From the NCBI GenBank assembly GCA_013180585.1, contig QBUM01000251.1, positions 1 to 54,525 of the forward strand: DNA of 54,525 nt. The letters are read 5' to 3'. The notes beneath the pieces are model-generated. The model was not told where the DNA came from. It ran no database searches and saw nothing but the letters and a program-made list of their open reading frames with translations. The stretch is from Candidatus Methanophagaceae archaeon GoMg2 (lineage in GTDB: Archaea; Halobacteriota; Syntropharchaeia; Alkanophagales; Methanospirareceae). The translations under genes and the position numbers were made by a program. This document shows positions 18,977 to 28,460 of this stretch, piece after piece (positions within the stretch are counted from its first letter, which is position 1; every line of letters begins with the position of its first letter).

Positions 18977-19213
18977 CTATGGCAGCTCTTTCAACGCCTT
19001 GATGTATCTTTCCTTATCAAAAGGCTTTTTATTGCTTAAAACTTCGTATATATCTGTAGCAACCGCTCTTCCTATTAATTTCATTGCATCGTCCTCTGAA
19101 TAGCCCTCTCGCAATAGCCGGTCAAAGGTCTGCTTAGTCTCTGGTGGATCATCCGCTCTAAGTTGGTTCTCCACCGCTTCAAGAATTGCCTTTTGTAGCC
19201 GCAGGTTTGCCAT
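18977..19213 (-). CDS. Small conserved hypothetical protein (DUF1841-like)
   Basis: AILEAVENQL..DPPET..RL..G.S..A motif resembles DUF1841 proteins. Confidence 0.6.
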   Translation of the reverse strand: MANLRLQKAILEAVENQLRADDPPETKQTFDRLLREGYSEDDAMKLIGRAVATDIYEVLSNKKPFDKERYIKALKELP

Positions 19214-19237
19214 TTTTCCATTCCTATTTTTTGTGCG

Positions 19238-19579
19238 TTACGAAAACTTAGTAGCCACAAGGTCAGCGATGATTCCATACACAACACCAAATGCTATAAG
19301 TACCAAACCACCCGCAGTGTCGCCGTCAACGATCGTAAATATGCTCATCGCCATCGTTATCCCCGCTCCGATGAGCGCGCCCCTCAGGACAGGATGAAGT
19401 TTTATGTCTTCTCCTATTCCAACAACAAATCCGATTAACACGCGGTTATAAACAATGGCGGCCAGGAGTCCGGTTGTAACCACAAAATTCGGATCTTCTA
19501 ATGTTAACGTCCCGTGTGCGCAAAACAGCCCGCATAATAAACCTATCACGGTTGCGATTGCGACTCGTTTGCCGTTCAT
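19238..19579 (-). CDS. Small 4-TM membrane protein of unknown function
   Basis: Four hydrophobic Gly-rich segments; tightly spaced with its neighbours. Confidence 0.75.
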   Translation of the reverse strand: MNGKRVAIATVIGLLCGLFCAHGTLTLEDPNFVVTTGLLAAIVYNRVLIGFVVGIGEDIKLHPVLRGALIGAGITMAMSIFTIVDGDTAGGLVLIAFGVVYGIIADLVATKFS

Positions 19580-19590
19580 TTTTAACTACC

Positions 19591-20052
19591 CTATTTACTA
19601 ATGGTCATCTTGCAGCCTTTATCTCTGAACTCCACGTCCAGTGTAAAGCCTAAATTCTTTGCTACCCGTTTGAAATAGCCATCAATGCAGCCGGAACAGT
19701 GCTGCTCCTTTGTTATTGGCATACCCTTCTTCGCGAATTCCAATGCGGCTTCCAGGTTGCTGCACTTCTTCGTATCAAGTATCGCTCTTTCCGGGGTTCC
19801 TTCGACTTCCACGTCACTGCCAAATACGTTCTTGTTTATGACCCCATAACTCATTGCAAATTGCAATGGATCGTTAACGCCACGCCCTTTCATATCAGTG
19901 GCACAACCTTTCGCCGCTTCGTCATTCAACTCTTCCAACGCTTCCGGGCCCAATTTCCGCATGATGAACCCCAATGAGCCCATCATCGAGCCAAGCCACA
20001 TTTCTGTAAATATCTTCTGTTTCTCTTCTTCCGGTAAAGTTGGTATCTCCAT
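19591..20052 (-). CDS. Hypothetical protein, V4R/ATC-hydrolase-like ligand-binding fold suspected
   Basis: C...CxxC...C spacing with helical N-terminus; family assignment by resemblance only. Confidence 0.6.
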   Translation of the reverse strand: MEIPTLPEEEKQKIFTEMWLGSMMGSLGFIMRKLGPEALEELNDEAAKGCATDMKGRGVNDPLQFAMSYGVINKNVFGSDVEVEGTPERAILDTKKCSNLEAALEFAKKGMPITKEQHCSGCIDGYFKRVAKNLGFTLDVEFRDKGCKMTISK

Positions 20053-20121
20053 TTTTAGTTCACCACAATTTATGTAATATGAGGGGGGTTTATAAAATTA
20101 TTGGACTAATTTTTATTATAG

Positions 20122-21117
20122 ATGAAAATAGAACAGCTCGGCGAGATAGGTTTAATAGAACGCATAACGAAAAAATACAAGGCGGACGCAGAGAGCATCG
20201 CAGTGGGTGTCGGCAAGGACGACTGCGCGGTCATAGACATAGACAAAGCACGATCAAGCTACAAATATCTCGTTGTCACTACGGACACGCTGCAAGAGTC
20301 AACGCACCTGCCCGAAGGCATCTCCCCTTCCCAGATAGGTTGGAGTGCCATTGCCGTTAATCTAAGCGATATTGCAGCGATGGGTGCTCGTCCCTATGCT
20401 TTCACAATCGCAATGGGCATTCCCGCACACACCGATACTGCGTTTGTAGATGCGATAGTAGAAGGGATAGAAGAATGTGCCTCGTCCTATAATACAGCGG
20501 TGGTTGGTGGCGATATAACGAGGAGTAAAGAGCTTATCTTAACCGGTACATGTTTCGGGTTTACAGATAAGCCGGTGATGCGAGCAGGAGCCAAAGTCGG
20601 TGATTTAGTATGCGTGACCGGCTCGGTTGGCAATGCCGCGCTTGGCTTAAAGATAATAAAAGAAGGGTTGACCGTGCCGAAAAAAGTAGATAAAACAGCG
20701 AAAAGAGCACTGTTCCAGCCTGTGCCAAGAATACAGGAAGGCATTAGTCTCGCTGACTCCGGATTAGTTACCTCAATGCTTGATATTAGTGATGGCCTAG
20801 CGCTTTCTCTTGCCGAACTCGCAAAAAGTAGTAAAGTTGGGTTTGAGATATACGAGGATAAAGTGCCGGTACTGAGCGATGAGATAAAGACTCCGTTGCG
20901 TGGCGTTAATCTTCGTAACCTCGCATTCTTTTACGGTGGTGACTATGAATTGCTGTTTACCGTTGATGCGAACGTATTAGAAAGTGAATTAGAAAGGTTG
21001 CGAAAAGAGGTTGGAATAAGTGTTATAGGTAAAGTAATGCCGTCGGAAGAAGGTATTTACTTTAAAAAAGGTGATAAGAAGGAAAGGATAAAGATAAAGG
21101 GGTATCAGCATTTTTAA
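20122..21117 (+). CDS. thiL: Thiamine-phosphate kinase
   Basis: GE..LI, DDCA, NLSDIAAMGA, GGD, DISDGL, GGDYELLFT, GYQHF. Confidence 0.96.
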   Translation: MKIEQLGEIGLIERITKKYKADAESIAVGVGKDDCAVIDIDKARSSYKYLVVTTDTLQESTHLPEGISPSQIGWSAIAVNLSDIAAMGARPYAFTIAMGIPAHTDTAFVDAIVEGIEECASSYNTAVVGGDITRSKELILTGTCFGFTDKPVMRAGAKVGDLVCVTGSVGNAALGLKIIKEGLTVPKKVDKTAKRALFQPVPRIQEGISLADSGLVTSMLDISDGLALSLAELAKSSKVGFEIYEDKVPVLSDEIKTPLRGVNLRNLAFFYGGDYELLFTVDANVLESELERLRKEVGISVIGKVMPSEEGIYFKKGDKKERIKIKGYQHF

Positions 21118-21145
21118 AATTTGACACATAGTGTTTCTATAGAGC

Positions 21146-21257
21146 AACCACGAGATTCCACAAGATTAGCACGAGAATAGGGGAAAAATAGCCAAAAATA
21201 CTGGAACCTGATTACTATAATAGTCCTCTTGTGAAAATCTGTGTAATCTTGTGGTTA
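21146..21257 (+). mobile_element. MITE-like palindromic repeat, copy E (inner arms only, no outer TIRs)
   Basis: AACCACGAGATTCCACAAGATTAGCACGAGAA...GTGAAAATCTGTGTAATCTTGTGGTT. Confidence 0.75.
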
Positions 21258-21270
21258 TGAAAAAACCAGT

Positions 21271-22455
21271 TTAACACCCGCAAATCTCCATAATCTTCTC
21301 TTCGCCTTCTCTTGGACCCCGCATGATTAACAAATCGCCTTCTTTCAACACTGCATCACCCGCAGGATTGTACACCCACCTGCCGGTCGCCCTGCGAATC
21401 ACCAGTATAAACATCCCGGTCCGAGTTTCTATTTTCAAATCCTTCAGCGTCTTATCGAATATATCCTCGTTCTTTACTTCCATCTTTAATATTACCTCGT
21501 CTGACTCTTTTATAGACGCTAAAAAAACAGGATGCAGCCGAATATCACGAATCACCACATCTGCGATCTCGTACGCCGCATCTGATATTATTTCCGATGA
21601 GATAGCAATGTGCAGTAAACCCCGGAACTCATCAAAAGTACTCCTCTTTGTTATACCCTTCGCCGCTTTTATCACTAATATCTCCAGCTCATCCTTCATC
21701 CGATCCATTGTCTCTTCCAGCTCTTTCACCTCCGTCGCTATCTCTTTGCTCTCAAACATGACTGCGGAATACGCAAGACCCACCATCAGTTCTGACATGT
21801 TTTTCATATCTGCCATGAGGTCGGCTATCTCTTCTGTTATCTTTCTTCCCACTACATCTGGCGGCTCTTCTGCCTCCTTCTCCTTATACTCCTCGCCTGT
21901 TGCCAACTTACAGAACACGGGTATTCCCTCGGTTGGCCCTGAAATGATAATCAAATCGCCTTCGCCCAACCTCTCGTCGCCATCCGGTAAATATATCCAC
22001 TTAGAACCACGTTTTATTGCTGATACGCTCATGCCCGTTTTTGTCTCGAGCTGTAAGCTATCCAAAGTCTTATCTTTAAGCTCTGATGCCGACTTTATCG
22101 TTACGTTCACCACTGCCTCTTCAAAATCACTACGGTCGAGATAACGAGTTATATCCACCGACTCCGCTATTTTTGCTATATCGCCCGCGGCACTGGATAT
22201 TTTCTCCGCCGCAGATGCTATTTGCAATATTCCTGAGAATTCAATCGCATCCTCCAAGTTCCTCGCACCTAACATTATCGCTATTCGCATCTTATATAAC
22301 AGCGAGTGCATCCGCTCCTCTAACTTGAATACCTCTTTTGCTATCTCCGGGTTGCTGTACAGCACTGCGGAGTACGCGAGGTCTAACATCGAGCCTGAGA
22401 GGTCCTTCATCTCCACGAGCACGTCCTTTACATTAAAAGTACCTAGTTCTAACAT
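21271..22455 (-). CDS. PhoU / TrkA-C (RCK_C) tandem-repeat protein
   Basis: Two repeats of EMKD.S..M.DLAYSAV (PhoU-like) each followed by TrkA-C (LETKTGM.V.AIKRG); start may instead be 22473. Confidence 0.85.
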   Translation of the reverse strand: MLELGTFNVKDVLVEMKDLSGSMLDLAYSAVLYSNPEIAKEVFKLEERMHSLLYKMRIAIMLGARNLEDAIEFSGILQIASAAEKISSAAGDIAKIAESVDITRYLDRSDFEEAVVNVTIKSASELKDKTLDSLQLETKTGMSVSAIKRGSKWIYLPDGDERLGEGDLIIISGPTEGIPVFCKLATGEEYKEKEAEEPPDVVGRKITEEIADLMADMKNMSELMVGLAYSAVMFESKEIATEVKELEETMDRMKDELEILVIKAAKGITKRSTFDEFRGLLHIAISSEIISDAAYEIADVVIRDIRLHPVFLASIKESDEVILKMEVKNEDIFDKTLKDLKIETRTGMFILVIRRATGRWVYNPAGDAVLKEGDLLIMRGPREGEEKIMEICGC

Positions 22456-23180
22456 ATTCTCGCCTCTAACCATTTTTTTGCACGTTTAAGTGCATCACGA
22501 TCCGTAGATAACAGTTTTATACGTGATTTGTAGCCTTTTACCTCGCCTTTCTTATCTAAGTAGGGATATGATCCTATGCTTACATCTGCAAACCTCTTTA
22601 CCGCTTCGTTCAACACATCCAATATCTCATCTTCTGGTTTATCGGTCATTATCCATTCTTCTGCTCTTATCGCGTTCTCATCAAGGAAAGACGAAGCAAT
22701 GCCTTCAAACATAGCTTTCATCTCTTCTGGCACCCCGGGCATAACAATAACGTTATCAACCCAGAAACCAGGCGCTGCACCTACGGGATTCACTACAACC
22801 TCAGAGCCCGCGGGCATATCCGCCATCTTTAATAGTGAATCATTCAGTCCATATTTAGCTTTTAACACACTCGCCGCTTCTTCGTTCCTCACTAATGCCT
22901 TGCCTACACCTTTTGCCACGCCTTCCCGCGTTATATCATCATGCGTTGGCCCTAACCCGCCCATGACAAACACGAAATTTGAATTACAGGTTTTTAACGC
23001 TGCACTTATCGCGTCCACATCGTCCCCTATGACCATTATCTTCTCAACGCCAACACCCTGTGTTGACAGCCTCTTTGCAAGCCACGCAGAATTGGTATCC
23101 ACAACATCCCCACTTAAAATCTCATCCCCAACGCTTATTATCGTAGCGCTTTTGGCTTTTGCGCTTGCCCTATTGCCCAT
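22449..23180 (-). CDS. CinA-N/molybdopterin-binding family protein
   Basis: VGDEILSGDVVDTN, GGLGPTHDDIT, NPVGAAPG, MPGVPEEM, IGSYP; start may instead be 23189. Confidence 0.9.
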   Translation of the reverse strand: MGNRASAKAKSATIISVGDEILSGDVVDTNSAWLAKRLSTQGVGVEKIMVIGDDVDAISAALKTCNSNFVFVMGGLGPTHDDITREGVAKGVGKALVRNEEAASVLKAKYGLNDSLLKMADMPAGSEVVVNPVGAAPGFWVDNVIVMPGVPEEMKAMFEGIASSFLDENAIRAEEWIMTDKPEDEILDVLNEAVKRFADVSIGSYPYLDKKGEVKGYKSRIKLLSTDRDALKRAKKWLEARIC

Positions 23181-23275
23181 GTTATACATTATCTTCTAAT
23201 TTTATTAAGTTTTTTTGTTATTATAATTTTCGGTTTTATCACGACACACTTCGGATCTCGTTCTTTCTTAAGCTG

Positions 23276-23880
23276 TTACTCCAGTCTAATGGCAGGTATC
23301 CAATCATAATGTACCTTTCCATTCGCGTCTATAAATTTATCGCATCTGATTGCTCCATCATCTACTTTTAATTCGTGTGTATGATGTATTTGCGGATATG
23401 AGCCGGTCATAATAGAGTAGTTGTACTTTTTGTTTGCTACAAGCGTGAAGGGTTCATTAAGAGTTGTTACAATCTTCTCCTTTGTATCCATCCCATTTTG
23501 CTGTTACATTCAGTGTAGAGTTCCATATTCCGGGATATTCACTATGTCCTCCAGTTCAAGCATAGGTGTATAATCTGCTAAAGTTGATGTTGCACGAAGG
23601 CTTTATCGTCCTATTGTCTACGTGCCGGCTCCGGTATCAAAGACGGAATACCGGAGAGAGGGAAGGAGGTTAGGCCCCGGTTAACCCCGTCTTCCAAATA
23701 TATATAACTTCTGCCAAACCAACCCACCGGATTGATCCTGCAATAGTGTAATTCCGACAACTCCTGAATTTGCTGTTGAAAATCGTGAACGAATTGCGGC
23801 TTGAGCATCTGAATCGGACCTTGTGGGCAAAGCTTACAGGGATATTTATTCCTACTGGAATGTCTCGCCATTATTCAGGC
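23276..23880 (-). pseudogene. Degraded remnant of a secreted-protein C-terminal domain
   Basis: Across frames: VFDTGAGT*...IKPSCNINFSRLYTYA*TGGHSEY..WNSTLNVTAKWDGYKG / NEPFTLVANKKYNYSIMTGSYPQIHH..DANGK..DWIPAIRL, with in-frame stops and frameshifts. Confidence 0.6.
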
Positions 23881-23899
23881 ACCCATACCAGTTTTGTTT

Positions 23900-25210
23900 T
23901 CATTTTACAATTATATCGGCACCCAAACTGCACATATCATCAAAAAACATAGGATACGACACTTTTGCACATTCCGCATCTGCTATGACCGTTTCTCCAG
24001 GTGTGCAAAGCGCAGCAAGGGTCAACGCCATTGCTAACCTATGATCGCCGTGAGAATGTACCTTCGCTGCTTTTAACTCCGTGCCTTCTATTCGCAGCCC
24101 ATCTTCCTTCTCTTCTATTCGTGCATCCAGCTTCCTCAGTTCTTCCGTCACTAATCTCAATCTATCGGTCTCCTTATATCTCAGATGTGCAACATCCGTT
24201 ATTTCCGTAGTGCCGTCCGCAACTGCCGCTAACACCGCAATTGTAGGCACTAAATCAGGATTCGCTCGCATATTCATCTTCATGCCTCTTAAACCGTCGC
24301 CTTTAACCCCTTTCACAGTCACAAGCCCTTTTTCTTTAGCCCAGCTTATATCTGCACCCATATCGTCCAACAGTTCCACAATCCTGGAATCACCTTGTGC
24401 AGAAGGGAACAAATTGCCTACCGTTATCTCAGAATCGGTGAGTGCCGCCGCGGCTAAGAGATAGGACGAGGACGAAAAATCGCCGGGCACCGTAAACTTC
24501 CGTAACTCGTAGCTTTTTCCACCCGCCACATCGAAAACATAGTCGTTCTCGCCAGTATCGTATTCAAAACGCGAAATAGGTATTTCTACTCCGGCTTGCG
24601 CCAGCACCTCCATTGTCATCTGCATATAAGGCACTGATGCAAGATTGTTTGCACGGATGCATGAATCTTTCTCGATGAGCGGGCATGAGATGAGCAATGC
24701 CGATATGAATTGAGAGCTAATGGATGCGTCCATCACAGCTTCACCGCCTTTTAGCTTGCCTTTTACCACTATCGGTGGAGTACCATCCCCTTTTGTCGAA
24801 AACGCTTCCGACCCGAGGTCATTCAAAGATTTCAGTAATGGCGTGTTTGGTCTCGTTCTTAACGATGCGTCACCTGTTAAAACAGTAGCACCGTCACATA
24901 AAGCAGAAATAGCAGTGAAGAACCGCAGCGTGGTACCCGAGTTTTCGGCGTTTATTACATCTTCGGGCGTATCCGGTGCCCCATCCACACCCTCTATCGC
25001 TATTTTGTTGCTGCCCTCTTCATGCTCTATGAGAGCACCCAGGCACTTAGCAGCGTTAATTGTAGCTCTTGTGTCTTCAGAGATAAGCGGATAGAAAATG
25101 TCGCTCTTGCCCGCCAGCGATGCGATTGCAATAGCTCTATGCGTGTAGCTTTTCGATGGAGGCGCGATTAGTTCGCCTTTTAGCTTTGACCTTTGTACTA
25201 TTGCTTTCAT
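23900..25210 (-). CDS. aroA: 3-phosphoshikimate 1-carboxyvinyltransferase
   Basis: PPSKSYTHR, NSGTTLRF, SSQFISALL, LRYKETDR, DHRLAMA, KVSYP. Confidence 0.97.
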   Translation of the reverse strand: MKAIVQRSKLKGELIAPPSKSYTHRAIAIASLAGKSDIFYPLISEDTRATINAAKCLGALIEHEEGSNKIAIEGVDGAPDTPEDVINAENSGTTLRFFTAISALCDGATVLTGDASLRTRPNTPLLKSLNDLGSEAFSTKGDGTPPIVVKGKLKGGEAVMDASISSQFISALLISCPLIEKDSCIRANNLASVPYMQMTMEVLAQAGVEIPISRFEYDTGENDYVFDVAGGKSYELRKFTVPGDFSSSSYLLAAAALTDSEITVGNLFPSAQGDSRIVELLDDMGADISWAKEKGLVTVKGVKGDGLRGMKMNMRANPDLVPTIAVLAAVADGTTEITDVAHLRYKETDRLRLVTEELRKLDARIEEKEDGLRIEGTELKAAKVHSHGDHRLAMALTLAALCTPGETVIADAECAKVSYPMFFDDMCSLGADIIVK

Positions 25211-25287
25211 GGCATGTTTTACAAAAGAACTTCGTGGGAAATATACGTTTCTTTGAGCACTCTTTCTTTTTCAAAGGAAGTTTGTTA

Positions 25288-25359
25288 CGGAGTCGCTGGG
25301 ATTCGAACCCAGGTCGTCAGGTCCGGAACCTGACAGGATATCCTCTACCCTACGACCCC
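25288..25359 (-). tRNA. tRNA-Arg(CCG)
   Basis: Reverse complement GGGGTCG...TCAGGTT-CCG-GACCTGA...GGTTCGAATCC...CGACTCC-G. Confidence 0.93.
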
Positions 25360-25395
25360 TTCTCGAATCGTTTCTCAACTTGCGTTATAATATTG

Positions 25396-26619
25396 TTAGT
25401 GCCTCTTCAACACCTCTATCCCCGGCAGACCCTTCTCTAAGAGATATTGCAAGAATGCACCTCCTGCCAAACTGACATGAGTATGCTCGGTTTTATTTAT
25501 ACCAAGCGTGCTCATCGCCGCCGATGTATGCCCGCCACCGATAAGCGAGAAGGCATCAGAATCAGAAAGGGCATGCAGTAGCTCTCCGGTTCCCTTACTG
25601 AACGCTTCGTTTTCATATAACCCTGCAGGGCCTTTCATTATCACTGTCTTCGCCTCTTTTATAGCTTCTGCATATCTTTTACTCGTCCTTTCCCCTATAT
25701 CGTATATTTCCTGCTTTGGATTCAGGACACCCACCGGAATCTCCTCCCGTTTGCCCTCTACCGCCACTGCAACGTCGTCGGGATACATTATCTTATCGCC
25801 ACCCAATTTCAGGATTTTCTTGGCTCTCGCCAGATTTGCCATAAACTGTTTATCTGCCTTTTTTTCTTCACTCGGTTTAATTATACCGCGTGCATACAAA
25901 AAGATAGTGCCAACATTGCCAGTTGTGAGTATACGATTTACTTTTTTACGCTTTAGTGTGAATTCCATTATATCAAACACTTCTTCGGGTTTCACACCGC
26001 CAAGAACGTAAATACACGGACTTTTTATGTTGTGGACTGATCTTCTAAGACTCCTCAGCTCCTTCTCCACTAATCGCCCTATTCCCGCATCCATCACCAT
26101 CGGGAAGCCAACCACTGATGCGTGCGACCGGTGAGCTACCGAGAAGGCATCATTTATGTAAATATCAGCAAGAGGAGAAAGCTTTCGCACGAAAAATGAC
26201 TTCGCATGTTCCTCCGGTGACTTTGAAAGGGTCTCCTCCGCAAGCATCCTCACGTTATCAAGCAACAAAACTTCCCCCTCCCGAAGCTTTTTTATTGCCT
26301 CCCTCGCAGCAGGTCCTATTATGTCATCAATGTACTGCAAGTCAAAGAAATTCCGGAGCAGTTCCGCATGCTGCTCTAAAGGAAGAAAGTCCACTCTACC
26401 AGCACGACCTTGATGCGCGAGAATAACAACCTTCGCTTTTTTATCCGATAGCTCGCATATCGTCTTCGCGTTCTCCACTATCCGCTCCTTCATCTGTACT
26501 TTACCGTCTATAACCACCGAGTTTATGTCCGCCCGGAAGAGAACTGTTTTACCTTTTACATCGAAATCATCTATCGTCAGGAAGTCTTCCAAGTTTTCGC
26601 TTATCGTCCCGCCCATCAT
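25396..26619 (-). CDS. pgk: Phosphoglycerate kinase, archaeal type
   Basis: RADINS, AHQGR, NDAFSVAHRSHASVVGFP, GGGHT, SLAGGA. Confidence 0.96.
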   Translation of the reverse strand: MMGGTISENLEDFLTIDDFDVKGKTVLFRADINSVVIDGKVQMKERIVENAKTICELSDKKAKVVILAHQGRAGRVDFLPLEQHAELLRNFFDLQYIDDIIGPAAREAIKKLREGEVLLLDNVRMLAEETLSKSPEEHAKSFFVRKLSPLADIYINDAFSVAHRSHASVVGFPMVMDAGIGRLVEKELRSLRRSVHNIKSPCIYVLGGVKPEEVFDIMEFTLKRKKVNRILTTGNVGTIFLYARGIIKPSEEKKADKQFMANLARAKKILKLGGDKIMYPDDVAVAVEGKREEIPVGVLNPKQEIYDIGERTSKRYAEAIKEAKTVIMKGPAGLYENEAFSKGTGELLHALSDSDAFSLIGGGHTSAAMSTLGINKTEHTHVSLAGGAFLQYLLEKGLPGIEVLKRH

Positions 26620-26633
26620 CTAACTCCTCTATT

Positions 26634-27641
26634 CTACAAACCCTTCTCCTCAATCTTCTTTATCGTGTCCACCACCCTGCAGGAGTAGCCCCACTCGTTG
26701 TCGTACCACGCAAGCACTTTCGCTAAGCTGCCGCCCGTTACATTTGTATACTCGGCATCAACAATAGCCGAATAGTTCGAGCCAATGTAATCTGTGGATA
26801 CGAGAGGCTCATGAGAAACGTCGAGAATACCGTTCAAAGAAGTTTTTGAGGCCTCTACAAAAGCGTTGTTCACCGCTTCACGGGTGACTTCGCTCCCCAG
26901 TTCTGCCACGAGGTCAACGACCGAGACGTTAGAAGTAGGAACTCGCAAAGATATACCATCCATTTTACCCGCCAGTGAGGGCAATACTACTCCTATCGCA
27001 GCAGCCGCACCTGTTGACGTCGGCACTATTGACATGGCAGCGGCACGAGCTCGTCTCATGTCTTTATGCCGTCCATCTAAAAGCTTCTGGTCGCCTGTGT
27101 ACGAATGTACCGTAGTCATGAACCCCCGATTTACGCCAAACTCGTCGTTCAAGACCTTCACCACCGGGGCTAAGCAATTGGTGGTGCAAGATGCAAGCGA
27201 AATTATATTATGTGTAGCGGGGTCGTACATCTCTCCATTCACACCCGGAACAATCGTTACGTCAGGGTCCTTTGCCGGTGCGGTTATTATTACTTTTTTG
27301 CAGCCGGCATCCAGATGTTTCGATGCGTCTTTCCTGTCCCGGAACATACCTGTTGATTCTACTACCACGTCCACGCCTAAATCACCCCACGGTAACTTTC
27401 CAGGGTCGTTCTCCGCGAATATCTTTAGCTCTTTGCCATTTACGACCAAGCTATCTTCCCCCGCTCTTATATCTCCTTCCTGGATACCATGTACTGAATC
27501 ATATTTCAGTAGGTGTGCCATCCAGGAAGCGTCCGCAGCATGACTGTTTATCGCTATGAACTCTAAATCGTTTTTTTCTTGCAACGCAGCTCTGAAGACA
27601 ATCCGCCCAATTCTACCCCAGCCATTTATTGCTACTTTCAT
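26634..27641 (-). CDS. gap: Class I (bacterial-type) glyceraldehyde-3-phosphate dehydrogenase
   Basis: AINGWGRIGR, YDSVHG, ASCTTNCL, STGAA, RVPT, WYDNEWGYS. Confidence 0.96.
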   Translation of the reverse strand: MKVAINGWGRIGRIVFRAALQEKNDLEFIAINSHAADASWMAHLLKYDSVHGIQEGDIRAGEDSLVVNGKELKIFAENDPGKLPWGDLGVDVVVESTGMFRDRKDASKHLDAGCKKVIITAPAKDPDVTIVPGVNGEMYDPATHNIISLASCTTNCLAPVVKVLNDEFGVNRGFMTTVHSYTGDQKLLDGRHKDMRRARAAAMSIVPTSTGAAAAIGVVLPSLAGKMDGISLRVPTSNVSVVDLVAELGSEVTREAVNNAFVEASKTSLNGILDVSHEPLVSTDYIGSNYSAIVDAEYTNVTGGSLAKVLAWYDNEWGYSCRVVDTIKKIEEKGL

Positions 27642-27722
27642 TTTATAATGATATTTGCTATTCTCATATATAAATTATGTCATATTACAGTGCTTTGGAC
27701 TATTACAAGATTTAACGGTTAG

Positions 27723-27881
27723 GTATTTGTTTAGTTAACCACAGATTACACAGATTTACACGAGAAATATTAATATGGATCCGGTTTAAGCACTCTATTG
27801 ATTTTTTATCCCCCGCTAACCCAAAATTCTTGTGCTAATCTCGTGAAATCTCGTGGTTTTTTCGATTAGCTATACAAATAC
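27723..27881 (-). mobile_element. MITE-like palindromic repeat, copy F, with perfect 8-bp TSD
   Basis: TIRs GTATTTGTTTAGTTAA/TTAGCTATACAAATAC; ACGGTTAG at 27715-27722 and 27882-27889. Confidence 0.92.
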
Positions 27882-27950
27882 ACGGTTAGAAATGCCGAAT
27901 ATGTTTATTGCCGAAGAGAACAGAAAGGATAATGAGAGGTTGCAGATGGT

Positions 27951-28415
27951 ATGGATCTAAGAGAAGGGAAGGAAAAAACGGAAGGAAATAGAATACCATG
28001 GGACGAATACTGGATGAACATTGTAAGTGACGTGGCATTGCGTTCAACATGCTTGAGAAGGCAGATAGGAGCTTTGGTGGTTAAAAATAACGTCATAGTA
28101 TCTACGGGTTATAACGGTGCACCGCGAGGTTTTACACATTGTCTCGAGACTGGATGTCGGCGTGACAAATTGAATATCCCATCAGGCGAGCGGCATGAGG
28201 AGTGTGTTGGAGTCCATGCAGAGCAAAATGCGCTTTTACAGGCGGGCCGGGACGCAGGCGGTGCTACACTCTACGTAAATGCTTTTCCGTGCAAGATATG
28301 TGCTAAGCTAATAATAAATGCAGGTGTAAAGCGAGTGATGATGACAGGTGAATACAGCGATACGGAAGGATTGGAATATTTAAGGCGGGCGGGTATAGAG
28401 TGCGTTCATCTTTGA
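27951..28415 (+). CDS. dCMP deaminase family protein (ComEB-like)
   Basis: WDEYWM, RSTC.RRQIGA, TGYNG, HAEQNA, PCKIC. Confidence 0.92.
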   Translation: MDLREGKEKTEGNRIPWDEYWMNIVSDVALRSTCLRRQIGALVVKNNVIVSTGYNGAPRGFTHCLETGCRRDKLNIPSGERHEECVGVHAEQNALLQAGRDAGGATLYVNAFPCKICAKLIINAGVKRVMMTGEYSDTEGLEYLRRAGIECVHL

Positions 28416-28460
28416 GTTTCGTTTTTATTTAAATATTTTGGGTCCCTATATACGTTTACT

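Noticed and set aside
21323..22144. Long antisense ORFs (e.g. 21323+, 22576+, 26866+, 47584+, 49999+)
   Set aside because: Ser/Ile/Phe-rich shadow frames opposite well-supported genes, with no recognisable motifs.
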